Positions 25,101 through 38,400 of a stretch of DNA of 64,000 bases are shown one piece after another. Source of the stretch: Callorhinchus milii (taxonomy: Eukaryota); contig NW_024704752.1 in assembly GCF_018977255.1 (NCBI RefSeq), forward strand, positions 9,734,001-9,798,000, in the 5' to 3' direction. Each line of letters opens with the position of its first letter. Within the stretch, counting starts at the first letter, position 1. The notes beneath the pieces are model-generated. The model saw nothing but the letters and a program-made list of their open reading frames with translations, made no database searches and had not been told where the DNA came from. The translations under genes and the position numbers were made by a program.

Positions 25101-27791
25101 AAAGACTCAAAGAAGTTTCAGCAGTTAGGAGATTCAATCTGTCTCGAGGAATCTGACATTAAATTAGGACTTAAATGGGTGCAACAGGGGTTTTACTATT
25201 AATGTTATTTCTTTGAATCTGGGTTCAAATTCAGCTGAGTGATAGTAGGAGGTCATGCCTGAAATTAACTTGGTGAGTGCAGATGCACCATGTGAAATTG
25301 CCCACAATGTCACAGAAAGTGCCAGGCTCACTCCGTTTAGTATTGCCCTTTGTGTCTCTGCAGGTGGAGCATGTTCACACCCCTCCTTGAGGTTTGTGAC
25401 CCAGAAGGATGTGGCATTATGAAAATTCATGGTGCTGTTGTCCCTGCAGATGTTCCGCAGATCAGGAATTCCAGGTAGAGTACGTGTACCTATTTCAACT
25501 AAGCAAAGGATAAGTAGACTGGGTGAGGTAGGTTCTGATGAAAAGAATAAGAATCATTCTACAGTCGGTCAAAAACTTGCATTCATATAGCTCTCTCCAC
25601 ACTGGGCGGCGATCCAGAGTGCTTAACAATGCTGGAGCCTGATGCCGAGCCAGGGGGAGAGGGAAGGTGATCATAGGCACGGTCGAAGAGGAAGGTCTTC
25701 AGGCGCAACCAGAGAGGGCAAGGCGAAGGGATTGAGTGAGGGGTTTATAACATAGTGATTTGGATTCATAAAATCAGATCCAGGTTAATAGTTTGCCTAA
25801 TGGAGTAGCCTCTGGCCAGAACTTCTTGATCAGCAGGTTGCTGTAGACATCTGTACTGTGTGCAGCAATCCCCTACTAGTGTACTTTTCCAGCAGTTATT
25901 GGGATGAGGAGAGGTCCTCTAAGCGCCAGAAAAAAACGATCATTCAATTCATTGATGTTTGTTGGACATTGTGGTGCACAAATTAGCTGCTGTATAACAC
26001 CTAGATAGTCACTACAATTTACAGAAAATCCTGTAATGTTTTAACATGATATAGTGCTATGTCAAATGAATTATTATAATTGACAGAGATCATGAATTTT
26101 TCTCTCACCTGCAATGATTTTTATTTATTATTACTGATATCGCAAGCTTACTCTTGCATTGTGTCGATCTGCAATAAGGTTGATTTGCTGTGTGTGTGCG
26201 CTCTCGCATGTATTGTGATCGCAATATATCACCATAATCCTACTACTTGTGTGTGCTCACCACTGAAGGTTACGTCCAGGATTGGCAATAGGTTGGGGCT
26301 GATCTGGAAACGATGGCGAGGTTTCAATGCGGAATTTAACATGGATCACGATCACTTTGGTGTGGACTGTAAGCATCTTTTATAAATCTATACCAAACCG
26401 CATATAACATTTGTTGTTTATGAATGTACTGCTCTATTTATGATCGTTGCCTCGAGACACTCAGCACATCTTAGAAAGGACAGGACCATTACATCACTGC
26501 GTGGAGATTTTCTTAAAATAAAAACCTTGAATATAAAATAAGACAAAAACGTAAAATCCACAAGAACTGTTACAGCTCAGCACGAACGTTCCTTAGCAAC
26601 CAAGGCAACAACACTGTACTGCAGCCTGGATACTGCAGGGACTGAGCCTTGCTCAGACTTGTTCGTAAGACAACCCTTTTACTGTTACAGTCATTAATCA
26701 GGGCATGAGGATACTTAGAGATGTAAAGGGAGGTCCTATTTATTCAGACGTTGACTGACTGGCTCCAGTACAAATATTCTGTTGGTTTTGTGGCTCACTG
26801 TTTTCTTGGTAAATCTTGGACAGGAGGATCCCAATTAAATCCAGAAGACAACCATTGAATTCCAGCCAGAAAATGGCCCTGAACTTGACCAAGCTTGCCA
26901 TCTGTCCATGTGTTGGCTTAGGCAATGCAGTCTTTTGAGTGAGCTACCCATAATTTCTAAAATTTATGCTGATATATTTACTTGCACTGAGGTATATTAC
27001 ACAGAAAGAATATACTGTATAATGATCCTTGCATCCCATCGGGGTTTAGGAGAGTTTGAGGCTAATGTGGATATAAACATCAGCATGGACTAGTTGTGGT
27101 CTATGGCCCATTTCTGTGCTGTAACACTGTATGTAATTTACTTCTCAACATGCTTTACTTCACAAGTGACTGTTGATTGTAGACAAGTGTGGTAGCAGTT
27201 TTGAGATGAATGACCAGTTTATCGGGAAAATTCTTGGTCAGGACACTGGCAGAAACTCTCTTCTCTCTCGGAATTATCATGGGATCTTTAGTAGGACCTC
27301 GGTTTAATTTCTCAGCTGACAATGCAGCACTTTCCAGCACTGAACTCAAGCGTCAGTCTAGACTGAGTTTAAGTCCCAATTAAACTCACAAGTTATTGAC
27401 CAAGAAGCAAGAATGTGACCAGCTGAGCCAGGCTAATAGATTTGCATGTTGTAGGATATACTAATATGGATATTAGTATGTGTTTTGTGTAGATTGTGTA
27501 AGCATTCTGAAATTTTTATGTTAAGGTTCATGTCATAACTGCAGGTGGCATTAAAAATGTCAGATATGTCTTCAAAACTTTTAAGCTCTGATTTTTGTTT
27601 TTTTTAAAAATGCAGTTCCAGCCAACATGAACCCTAATGCAAAGGTGCTGTTACTGAGTGCAGCCTTTTTACTGGTAAGTTGCAAATCTAGGCAAACTTT
27701 TCTACATGGTTTTCAGGGTTGTTTACTCAGTTAAGTGTGTAAGCATTTCTCTGATCTCTTACAGAACTACATGTTCTTCGAAATGAGCTGA
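22186..27791 (+). CDS. Phospholipid scramblase-like gene, 7 exons, with an apparent 1-nt frameshift in exon 4 (possible pseudogene or assembly error)
   Basis: Exons 22186-22591, 23600-23674, 24684-24876, 25364-25474, 26269-26368, 27616-27674, 27765-27791 (TGA). Translation: ...GLRPLQQLHQLCITAKAELQ|GPTCDPARCYTITNQTGRQLYVASE|DTSCLCLNLCGPARSCCIKIYNHQSEEVLHFIRPFRVDACCFGCCLMEMSVFNSRKELIGSVKQ|RWSMFTPLLEVCDPEGCGIMKIHG/(shift)CCPCRCSADQEFQ|VTSRIGNRLGLIWKRWRGFNAEFNMDHDHFGVD|FPANMNPNAKVLLLSAAFLL|NYMFFEMS*. This is collinear with the PLSCR scramblase domain. Confidence 0.9.
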
Positions 27792-28263
27792 ATCTTAAGA
27801 TATTTCTTCCAATGACCTCAATGATTCAGCAGCTTGACACTAACCATTAAATGATGAAAATTGATAAATTAGGAATTTTATATTGGTATCAATGTATCTT
27901 CAGTGTGGAATTTTAAAAACTAAAACAGTATAAATAGCTCCTGTTTGTGGAATGTTTGATAGAAGCTGCTTTAATCATGTTGTAGTATGTTGTAGTAAAT
28001 ATGACATTTGCCAGATAATTCTGGACAGACTTGAGTTAGAAATGATAGAACATGTTTTACTCAACTTGCTGAGTTAATGTTGTAAGCACATGGTTCTTGC
28101 CTCATAATAGGAAATAAGTTATCCCAGATACAAATTGTGTGGTACAGTGTACTAAGTTGATCACAGCTGGTACTGCGTGCCTGTGATCCTGAAAGCTGAC
28201 TTCATTCCTGTTTGTGATAATTATACTGGCATCTTCATTATCTTTGTATGGACAAGCATAGTT

Positions 28264-28269
28264 AATAAA
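28264..28269 (+). terminator. Candidate polyA signal of the scramblase-like gene
   Basis: AATAAA about 470 nt after the TGA at 27791. Confidence 0.5.
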
Positions 28270-28494
28270 GTTATTTGTTAAAGTGGCCAGACCAGTGTCG
28301 ACATCTGAGTTGAATTTTTAATGGTCATAAGTGTTTATAACTTTGTATCTCCATTTAACTGACTTGAGTTCAATCAATGGTCTGTTCAGAGAATGCTGAA
28401 ATTGAGCACTGTGGGTTAGTGGGGGTAGGGGAAATGAGAACATCAGTTAAAGTTCTCAGTCCTGGATGTAGGTTTGAAATTGTTATGATAAACT

Positions 28495-28699
28495 CATAAT
28501 CCCTCCAAAACCAAAAACAATAATAAATTGGTCATTTTCAATCTACGACTGTTTGTGGGACATTGCTGTGCGCAATTGGCTGCCGCGTTCACCCACAAAT
28601 ATACAGTCAATTCACTTTACAGTGTGTTTCTGTGAAGCGCTTTGGGACGTCCTCCCGACGTGAAAAGCGCTATATCAAATGCAAGGATTATTATTATTA
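28495..28699 (+). mobile_element. Young SINE 3' portion between convergent 3' ends
   Basis: taatccctccaaaaccaaaaac...gtttgtgggacattgctgtgcgcaattggctgccgcg...aagcgctatatcaaatgcaaggattattattatta. Confidence 0.88.
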
Positions 28700-29453
28700 C
28701 ACGTGGCCAGCAGGTGAGGAAAATTGATTTTGGATGCACGACTATTTTCCTCCCCACCTTGTTAAATATCCTGCCCACAATTACTCCCTAGACATTAAGA
28801 ATTACCTTTAAGTAAAATACAAAATGGGCCTTTGGTAACTGTACTCAGGCCCAAATCATCGCCTTCAGGAGTTGTAGCGTTTCTAATGGCTTTTCTCCTT
28901 TGTGCATCATTCATTCAAATCCTTTAGTACAACAGAAAAGCTAAGTCAGCCATAAAGTGTTTTTTTATTTGAAAATAGCACCAAGCAAATGGTTTGTTTG
29001 CAAAAATATCTGAACATGTACATCTGCAAATAAAAGATGGCTTATAAAATAATAAAGCAGCAGCATTTCCCCATAAGAAGAACCAAACAGGAGTATGGAG
29101 ATAAAAGGGAAATATAGATGTGAAGATATAAGAAATGAAATTAGGAGAGAATGAGATGGAGTAGCCAAAGGAGACAGGGAACCAATAATTTAAGTGCACC
29201 ACCAGCAGTACAGCTGTCTTGCTTTAAGCCTTAGGTTCTATATACACAAACATTGACAGGTGTACAGCAGATTTTACCACTAAAAATAACCCAATGGCAA
29301 AGAGAAAGTCTCTGAAAGTGAAGTCAGGACTCAAACTGAACGTTGGAAGATGGCTTTCAGTTTTGTTACTCTCTTTAAAAAAAGTGAAGTTTCTTCATGA
29401 CACAGTGCAAGTACCTTCCTTATGAGCTGAAGTGGAGGGAGTGCACAATGTGC

Positions 29454-32400
29454 TCACAAGGTGAGTTTTGTATTTCTAAAGCTTGAATTATCTCTGTGAA
29501 AGAAACAGAATTATTCAGGAATACATTGTTATTCAATACACCACAAAATCAAACAATATTTCAATTAAATATAGCTAGATAAAATTCTCATTACAGTTGT
29601 AAATGTCATTCACAAAATACTTTCTCTTTTGACATTTCTGGGCTACCCATTTAACTAATATATAGAATCCCAGGAATTTGATTCATGGGTGTGTGAGTCT
29701 TGCCCCCTCCCCCGAGCTAGAACAAGTTGCCCTAGTAAATTCTTGTCTTTCCTTGACAGGAATTTATTTCACGTCTTGAAGACGTGATAAGGCACTATAT
29801 CAACTACAAGGATTATTATAATAGGACTTTTCCTTGAGCATTTATCCAATTTCTGGTTAAATAATATTGTTAAGAACTCCGCTTCTAAGTCATTTGTGGT
29901 AAGGCATTCCGCATTCTGACAACCACAATACTCACTAAGAATAATTCTAACCACGAAATTCCCTTTGAACTCAATTTAGTACTCACAATTTGATCGTAAT
30001 TTTTGCCAGCTCTTGGCGTACTCACTTGATACTGTCTGTATGAGTCTTGTACTCCATGATAGTATTGGGTGGTAGGTTCAGAACACGGCGCAATGTGTCC
30101 CGGATTCTTGCAGTAGTCGCTTGGTCACTGGCTGTTTTATTCCATATTGAGATGATATCCTCCTATGGTACAAACAGAAATTCGAATTCACTAACTGACG
30201 GTGCAGATACAATACTTTACCAAAATGAACAGCAACATTAAAATGGCAAAGTCAACAAAACATCGCTAAAATTTGGAATCTTTTTTCCTGCTGGGGCAAA
30301 AACGAAAGCTTCAGGCCAAAGGGTAAATTAAAAGTTTCTTTGCGACAAGAATGCGAGCCACAGCATCGGTACTGCAAAGAGGTCGGATTTTGTCATTTCC
30401 TTTTTGCAAAGGTGTCTTTTTTTTCCCTCCAATTGTATCTTCTGTCCATAAACACTTCAATTCTTCAACTTGGATCACTGATATAATGCAGTGCCTCTGA
30501 TAAGTTTCTTCTCTGTGATGGCATTTAATCTTTATTGTGCCATAACCAGAGTCCAAGTGACTGTCTTCTAAAGCAGAACAACAGCTTTTCTGAGTTCCAT
30601 ACAACAAAACAAACATTTCACATTTAACTCCCTTATTTTGTTACAAATATTTCAAATTAAAAACACAAATCTCTGGTTTCTAGATTTTCTTTAAATGTTG
30701 TAGGTACTGAAACAAAGTGCAAATCTCGACAGTACATCAGATTACAAATCATATTACCAATACCTTAAAATGTTACCTTCACCGAGGCATTTTATACTTC
30801 AGTGGAATTTGTGCTTTTAGTGACAATGTCTGAGTTTAACAGTAGCAAATGCTGTAAAATGACTCTTAAAATGACAAATCAGGCCTAATTTTTTTTAAAT
30901 CACAGATCAATTTAAATTAGTCTCAACTGTTCAGATAAAGAAAAGCTTATAACCATTAGAATCTGAATAACCTGGTCTTACATTACAAATAAAACATTTC
31001 TTAAATAGGATTTCATAGATCACAAGACATTTTCAGCAACCAAAAACCTTGCAGTATATATCTGCTGTGAACTTGGATTCTAGGTGTGAAACTCTGCACA
31101 ATTTATTTCTAGAAAGGTGGAATCTGCCCATTGTTAATCTTGTCCTGAATTATTCTGCTGAGAGCCAAACAAGCAAAGTACTTCCTCTTAAGTGCTGAAG
31201 CAAGCAACGTACCTGGAACCGAACTGAAACAACTGCCCCACAGACCTCTTCTCCCACCATGAACTGCTCCCCCAGCATTGCTAGAATTAGATTCTCCCAA
31301 CAGCGTGATGCCAGCCCCTTCCGCAGGCGAATAATCCACTTCCCACCATTCTTGTTTGCTTCATCCTGCAAAGAGTCCAGAAAAAACCCTCAAACCAAAG
31401 CCTGGTCTCATCTTCATCCACCTATTTTGACTTGAAAGCTGGTATATAAATGCAATTTGTTGTTGTGTGGCCACACAGCTAGGTAATACTGCCATTTTGT
31501 CCCATTCTTGAAGTAAACAAAAGGGTATTAGGATTTAACACTGAGTTTAAAAAATGTTTACATTGATGCCTTGATTTGCAATTATTTATTCTAAATTGGA
31601 GGACAGGGATTTTGACTGTCCTTGAGAATGGGAACGGCTGTCGTGTACCATACTCTATGAATAGCTGAACATTCAGACAGTGAAGATTCAAGTTACAGAA
31701 TGTTCCTGCCATTAGGGAGAGGAAGAGGTAAGATTTACAGTCTGCACCTGCTATCCCACTTCAGAGTCAAAGCATGGGCATTTCCGAATGGTAAAAATAG
31801 GGAGGAAATTGATGAAAGCAGCCGCAAGCTATTGACAGGCGGCCAGAGGTCAGAATGGACCCCCAGCCCTATCATAGGCCCTGTCAAACAGCCAGCAGGT
31901 GCAGCCATGTGACAAGTCTGCCATTAAGTAGTAGATTCAAAACAGCGCCTTCACACTGGATACATGAGAGATGGACTCGAAGGTAGCTGATGCTCATGGG
32001 ATTGTAGCCTTGCCTGGGATAACGAGAGGAGGAAATCAAAAAAAGAACAAAAACATATGGAAAGAATTCAGAGGCAGCATTGCAGCAATCTTCATCAAAA
32101 CAAACATATTGTACTGTAGCAGCCCAAGATTTACTATCCTCCTCCCAGTTAGCTTTTTTTAATATAAATAGTGACCTCGGGAGCAGAGTTATTACTTTCC
32201 ATTGTTTTGAGGTGTACCGTAAGCGGCTGTGACAATGCCACTGTCTGTCTATTCCAATCTCTCTACATAAGCATTAAAATAAATACAACCACACAAACAC
32301 AAAATGGCTAAAATAAAGTTAAACTATGAAAACTCCTAAAATCTACCTCACCATCTTAGGCTTGTGCTTCTTCACAGCCAAACACAGTCATCAAATCACT

Positions 32401-35400
32401 ATGTGCAACTGCACAATGCACATCAATCCGAGGGATTCCTTCCATTTCTATTGCGCTTTAAATCAATGGAAATACTTCTGTCAAAATAAAGTCCCATGCC
32501 TTTAAATAACGAATGGACTCAATTGCATAATAGGCAAGAAACAAATACCAGTATGACATTTTAGCTGATATTTTAGCTGCTGTTTTTGTTTAAACTTTCC
32601 TTTCTTAAAATAAATGACTTCTGTCCATCCAAACCAAACATGTTTTGTTGAGGATATCAATAACAAAGTAACATATCAATTCACTCACCTACTTTACAAA
32701 AGACTCTGCACAATGTTTTTTTCATTATGTCAAGCAAGTGCCAGATGATGAAAAACAGAATCAAGAGTATCTCATGCACTTCACAAAACATAAACATATC
32801 TAAACAGGAAGCTGTTTGGCGGTTTAACACAGCTGAGTATTTATTTAAATTTAAATAAACCAGATGAACAGTGATTTCTCAAACTGTTCGTGTAACTATC
32901 TACTGTAATTAGCAGGTACAACTTAGATTAGGGATAATTTAATAAGCCAACAGGATGGTCATTGTCTCACTCATTGAGAGGGGTAAAGGTTTAAAAGCTA
33001 ATGGGTTGATACATGTCACTTAAAATGTAAACATGCATGCAATTGGTATCATTCTCTAATCATTAATCTTATTCCTAACAAATCTGCTTCTTGCGAAGTG
33101 GTTTCTATTCAAGGCTGAGTTTCTATTCACTGTACTTTTCACTGTAGAGAAATGAAAAAGAAGCGAACAAAATATAGTAATACTAAAGTGAATAATTATT
33201 ATGCATGGGCAAGAAAACATGCAAAATCAAGTCTTGAAAAGAGACATTCAGGATTTATGTGTTGTTTCTGTAGCTCAGTGGTTAGAGCACTCGCTTTGCA
33301 AGTGAGAGACCTGAGTTCAATTCCAGGCAGGGGGAAACCTTGGGCAAGTTTCCTTACTCCACACAGAGCCTAATAATAATCCCTCCAAAACCCAAAACAA
33401 TAATAAATTGGTCATTTTCAATCTACGACTGTTTGTGGGACATTGCTGTGCGCAATTAGCTGCTGCGTTCGCCCACAAATATACAGTCAATTCACTTTAC
33501 AGTGTGTTCTGTGAAGCGCTTTGGGACGTCATCCCGACGTGAAAAGCGCTATATCAAATGCAAGGATTATTATTATTGTTTTGGACTCATTTCCTTGTGT
33601 CTGATTCCCTTATGAATCTAAATTGGCCCAAGATGCAAACCTGGAGCTGAGTCTGGGTAAATTTGGAGGATTTGGAGTGTATCAAACAGACGTTGGACTG
33701 TCCACAATTAAATGTAAACCTTTTGTAAAATGAATGCGCAAAAGATGTGATCCTGAAATAAAGAGAATGTTACTTGAATAGCAGGGCCACACAGGAAAAC
33801 TCTAGGCAAGACTATATATTTGTTCAGTTCTCCCCTCCAAACATAGCAACTCACCTCCCACATTGGTTTGATGCCATCCTTGAAAAGATGAAAATCACTG
33901 TGGCCAGTCAAGTCGCCAGGTCGAACTAAGTGACTATAAAACCTCCAGAATTGTTCAACCTGAAAATAAATCAAACATTGATGGTGAAATTCACATACAG
34001 GTGATTTTCAGATATTTAACTATTTGCTATTTCAGGTTGCTATTACAACTTACAAAAACATTTACAACTTTAACCAACCCATGCTTTTGTTCTCATTTTT
34101 AAAAAAATGCACTTAAACTATGGTGTCCTTTGCGGTTTAATGGTGTTTATTTTGTGCTTATTGTGCACACTAATCTTTTGCCAGGTAGTATTTTAACTAA
34201 GGCACAATATTCACTGGTAGGTAGCACCACAGAAATATACCAACACATCACTGCATGGTATACAATTCCACGACTGTCATTCTACATTGTAAGTTTCTGG
34301 TCAGAGTGATCTGGGAGATCTAGCCTTGGCCCTAGGATCACAAACAATGATTTGATTATCGGCAGAAATTATTGAAAGGGCGATGGGAGGTAGTTCAAAT
34401 AATAAAAGATTGACAATTTCTGTGTAAAAAGGTTAAAAACACAATGATGAAATCAAGTGCACTTAGAATCACTTTGGAGGATCTTAGAAGCTATCTAAGC
34501 AGAGGTTACTCATTTAACAGTTTGACTGTTGATTTAGCCTTTTAAGGCTGTGTTTTCTGCACCATGGCTTTACTAGCATCAAGCACCAAACCTGAAAAGT
34601 TGTTCTCTGAGATGCAAGTCTTTACTAATTAGAAACATAGCAGAATGGTTCGAAAGGACACACTGAAAATGTGCTACTTACAATATGTATTTATTACGAC
34701 AACTTGACCTCAGGAAAACTAAAAGGACACACAGACATTCTGTAATACTCTGCTAGACTCTTAAGTCAGGAGACAAGCTGTACTCCTATTAAATACAAGA
34801 CTATGTCTAAACCATTTTTTAAAAAAACTTTTAATATATTTTGGCATCTCTATTGCATAATGACATCCACACTATTAATAGGACTAGAGTGAGATGAACA
34901 AACTGTTTATTGTTTCGTAGTTAATCGCAGATGACCCCAACAACCCAAGATAATCCTGGGAGAAATATCATCACTGTGAAGATAAATTCCTTACAGATGC
35001 ATATTCAATTCTCTTTTAAGTTTAATTCAAATCAAGTTGTGCAGAGCACTGTATATGTTGCAATGACGCCCCACAGTGGCTTGCAAAGTCATTGTAACTC
35101 AACTTGCAAAGTATAAAGCTTTTTCTGATTAGTATAAGCAGAAATAATTCTATAAGTATTCTCTCCCTTTTTGAAAAATTGTCATTATTCTTACAAACGT
35201 TTACAAAGAACAGCAAGGAAACAGACCAATTGGCCGAACCAGCCCATGCCAGTGTTTATACTCCACATGAAATATGGAGTATATCATCACTGTGAAGATA
35301 AATTCCTTACAGATACATATTCAATTCTTTTTTAAGTTTAATTCAAATCAAGTTGTGCAGGGCACTGTATATGTTGCAATGACGCCCCACAGTGGCTTCG

Positions 35401-38400
35401 CTCCTTACTCCCTCCAAGTCACATCCGTTCACATATCCCTTATGTGAAAGTCTAACTTCTCCTCCTTCTTGACAGCCATTCACCTGCATGGTCTCCATTA
35501 AATAAAGAATGTGATTAACAAAGCTGCAGATATCTCCACCACTGCTGGCACTATTCTTGTCACCATTGTGGAAGTACAAGAGGTTCTGCAGTGGTTAAGG
35601 TTCAGAACCAATCGATGATAGTAACAATTAGCACTGTAAAGCTCACGTCAAACCTTTCAGGCAGCCCTGTGATTCTAGCTCTTCTAATCTTTGTGAAAAA
35701 TTCTACTGCTCATTCAGTGAGAATTCGGTTATTAAACTCATAAGCTAAAGTTTTAAACACATTTTGCCTGAAGTATTTTGCCTTTGAAAACAGTAAACAT
35801 TGTTGACTAAAAATCTCCTGGGACAATCTGGCATTTTGTGAGTTAACTCGTGCCTCAAATATCTACGTTACAAAATGTCAGGTTTATACAAAAGATCTGC
35901 TGTTTACACTGTAGCTTTAAGCAAATAACTTTGCTGTGTGCAAATTGGTTGTCATCTTAGCCTACAAATACACAGTCATGACACTTGACTGCAATTACCT
36001 GGGAAGCACATATAAAATGCAAGGATTATTATTATAAAGGCTTACAGAGGCAAAGGTTCCAATCTGTTTAACATTCTGTTCATAACTCTGCGAACTGGTG
36101 GGGCGGCCTGGAGTCCGCCTGGAGTACCAAAATGTGTAGTTGTACTGGAACGGGTGTTCTCCTGGGCCAGGGACCACAGCCTGTATAAAATAGAAACAGT
36201 CCACTGAATTTATATTGAACATAATAAGAGGAATAGGCCATTCAGCCTATCAAGGCTGTTCTGCCAGTTATTAGATCACGGCAGATCTTTTAATCCAATT
36301 TCCCCGACTTAACCACGTTAAAGAACAGCAGATTATATAATTAGACTGAAGTGCAGTTTCAAGTTAACAAGCCTTGAGATTTTCCTATCAGTATAATTGA
36401 CATGTTTAACTCCCAGCTAAAGATTTGTTAGATAAGGGTTTTAGAAGAACTACTGGGGTGATGGAACACCCCAGTAGTTTCACAAGTGTTTCACAATGAA
36501 CACAGGGTAAAGGATTGCACTGACATTCTGAAATCTGTTGATTTACCTTTGGTGCAGACAAAAGATAGTAGAAACTTTTCTCAGGATATCAAATGGGTTG
36601 CAGACTGTCTGGGGAAGAAACAGCCTAGATAGGGCAAATGGTCTTCTCCTACCATACTTCATCTTTGCCTTTTAGCCTCTTAAAGTAAAAATATAGAAAT
36701 GCAGCAAACACACCTCTAGTGACATTGTATTTTAAAAGACAACACATATAATGGGTGTACAAGATTTAGAAAATAATGAATGTGAATGGTTTGCCTCTAT
36801 TGATTAGTAGATGAATGGAGTCAAGACATTTCCGTGATACCTGTTCTGAATTTAGTTTTCATTTGTTTCTATGGCCTCTACTCCCATGCCCAATGTAATA
36901 ATCTGGTTTTACCTTACCTACGTCAATAAATAATTTCATACACAAGAGGATACCCCTTAACCTGCAATTATTCCTTTCATCTCTGATGTGGAAGTAAAGT
37001 CTACCTGCAATGTCAGCAATATTTTCTTTTAAATTGCACGCAATGTTACTGCATGCAATTGCTTTGCATAAGCAATGATTCTTCCTGAACGGTTCAAGGT
37101 GGAGATCTGATCCAGACAAGTAAATAACTAGTGAGAGAGCGAGGGAAAGACCTGCACAAACATGCATACACAGATAGAAAGAGAGGGAGAGGTATACATA
37201 CTGTTTTAATATTCACAATGCAACTGATCCCAATTATTGCGAACATCAGGCTCTCTACTTCAGATTCCCTCTTCTTAACTGCTATCCTTCCAGTCTGCTC
37301 CCCTTTTTGGTTCGGTAACACTTCATTTAATTTAGTTTCTCTTTTTATTGTACTGTGCCTGCTTTATCATGCAATAAACAACCCCTATTAATGATTCAGA
37401 ACTCATCTCACCTTCCTTTTGATGCTATTCTGGCTCTTCTCTTTGTCTGATTTTTCCTTCTCACTCTCTTTCTGTGTGTGGTTATCTTCATTCTGATCTT
37501 GGTCTCCACTATCATCATCTTTCAATCTACAATTCAGGAGACTAATTGGTAAGTGTCGACACTGAGATAGAAATCACTGGATAAAATAACACTGTAAGAA
37601 ATTCCTTTTGAATTTTTTTAAAAATGCAGAATTTTCAGTAAAAATAACAACAATCAATCGGTAACACACCTCCTTTTTAGTGGCATATCAGGCACACAAA
37701 GCTGCAGCCAGACAGCAGTTATAAATCACAGGATACTGTCAACAGTAAGGAGTATTTGTCAAATAAAATCCATTCTTTGTATGTCAACATAGTCACAAAA
37801 TACATTCACTCCACTTTATTGTAAATCCTATATATATTGTACTGAAGCACTTTGAAGCATTCTCCTGCCATGAAAGGAGCTATATCAAATGTAAGGATTA
37901 AATATTTTATGCATTTTATGCAAATATTGTGTTTAGAAGTTGTTGCGAAGGCATTTTAAAGGAGTAAACGCAATATCGTTAAAGCATTTTTTCCTGCAAT
38001 TACCCCCAAGATTGAACATGGTGCAAACGAGAAGACTGCAACTCACTGAAATATTTGATATTGTAACAATGAGAAACGGGAGGCTATTGATGTTATAGTA
38101 AACAACAGTTTGTGTCATAGCTAACACCAATTCATGAATTTGCATAAAGTGAAAAATTGATTTGAATGAACAAGAAAATACTGGCCCAAATTTTCGTAAA
38201 GGTTATTCTTTGAGAGAAGGCCATTCAGCCTTTGAAGCTCATCGTTTCTCAAGTGCAGTATATTGACTGCTGCGTCCGGGAAAATAAGAAAAAAACCACT
38301 TATAAACTATTAGGGAATAGGAGCTCCTCAAAGTACTTCACTTCACATTGATGTTACTTTATTACAAACTGCGGCTGGAAAAAAAGCCAAACCTTTTACA

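Noticed and set aside
29981-30025. Second GTGAGT donor 39 nt past EIF4E2 exon 6 as an alternative C-terminus
   Set aside because: Reading through the first donor hits TGA immediately (atc aag tga), so there is no coding extension.
33268-33330. tRNA-like sequence with A/B boxes (also at ~17945-18012, 39645-39709 and 54600-54664)
   Set aside because: Each is fused to a SINE body and tail, so these are SINE heads rather than tRNA genes.
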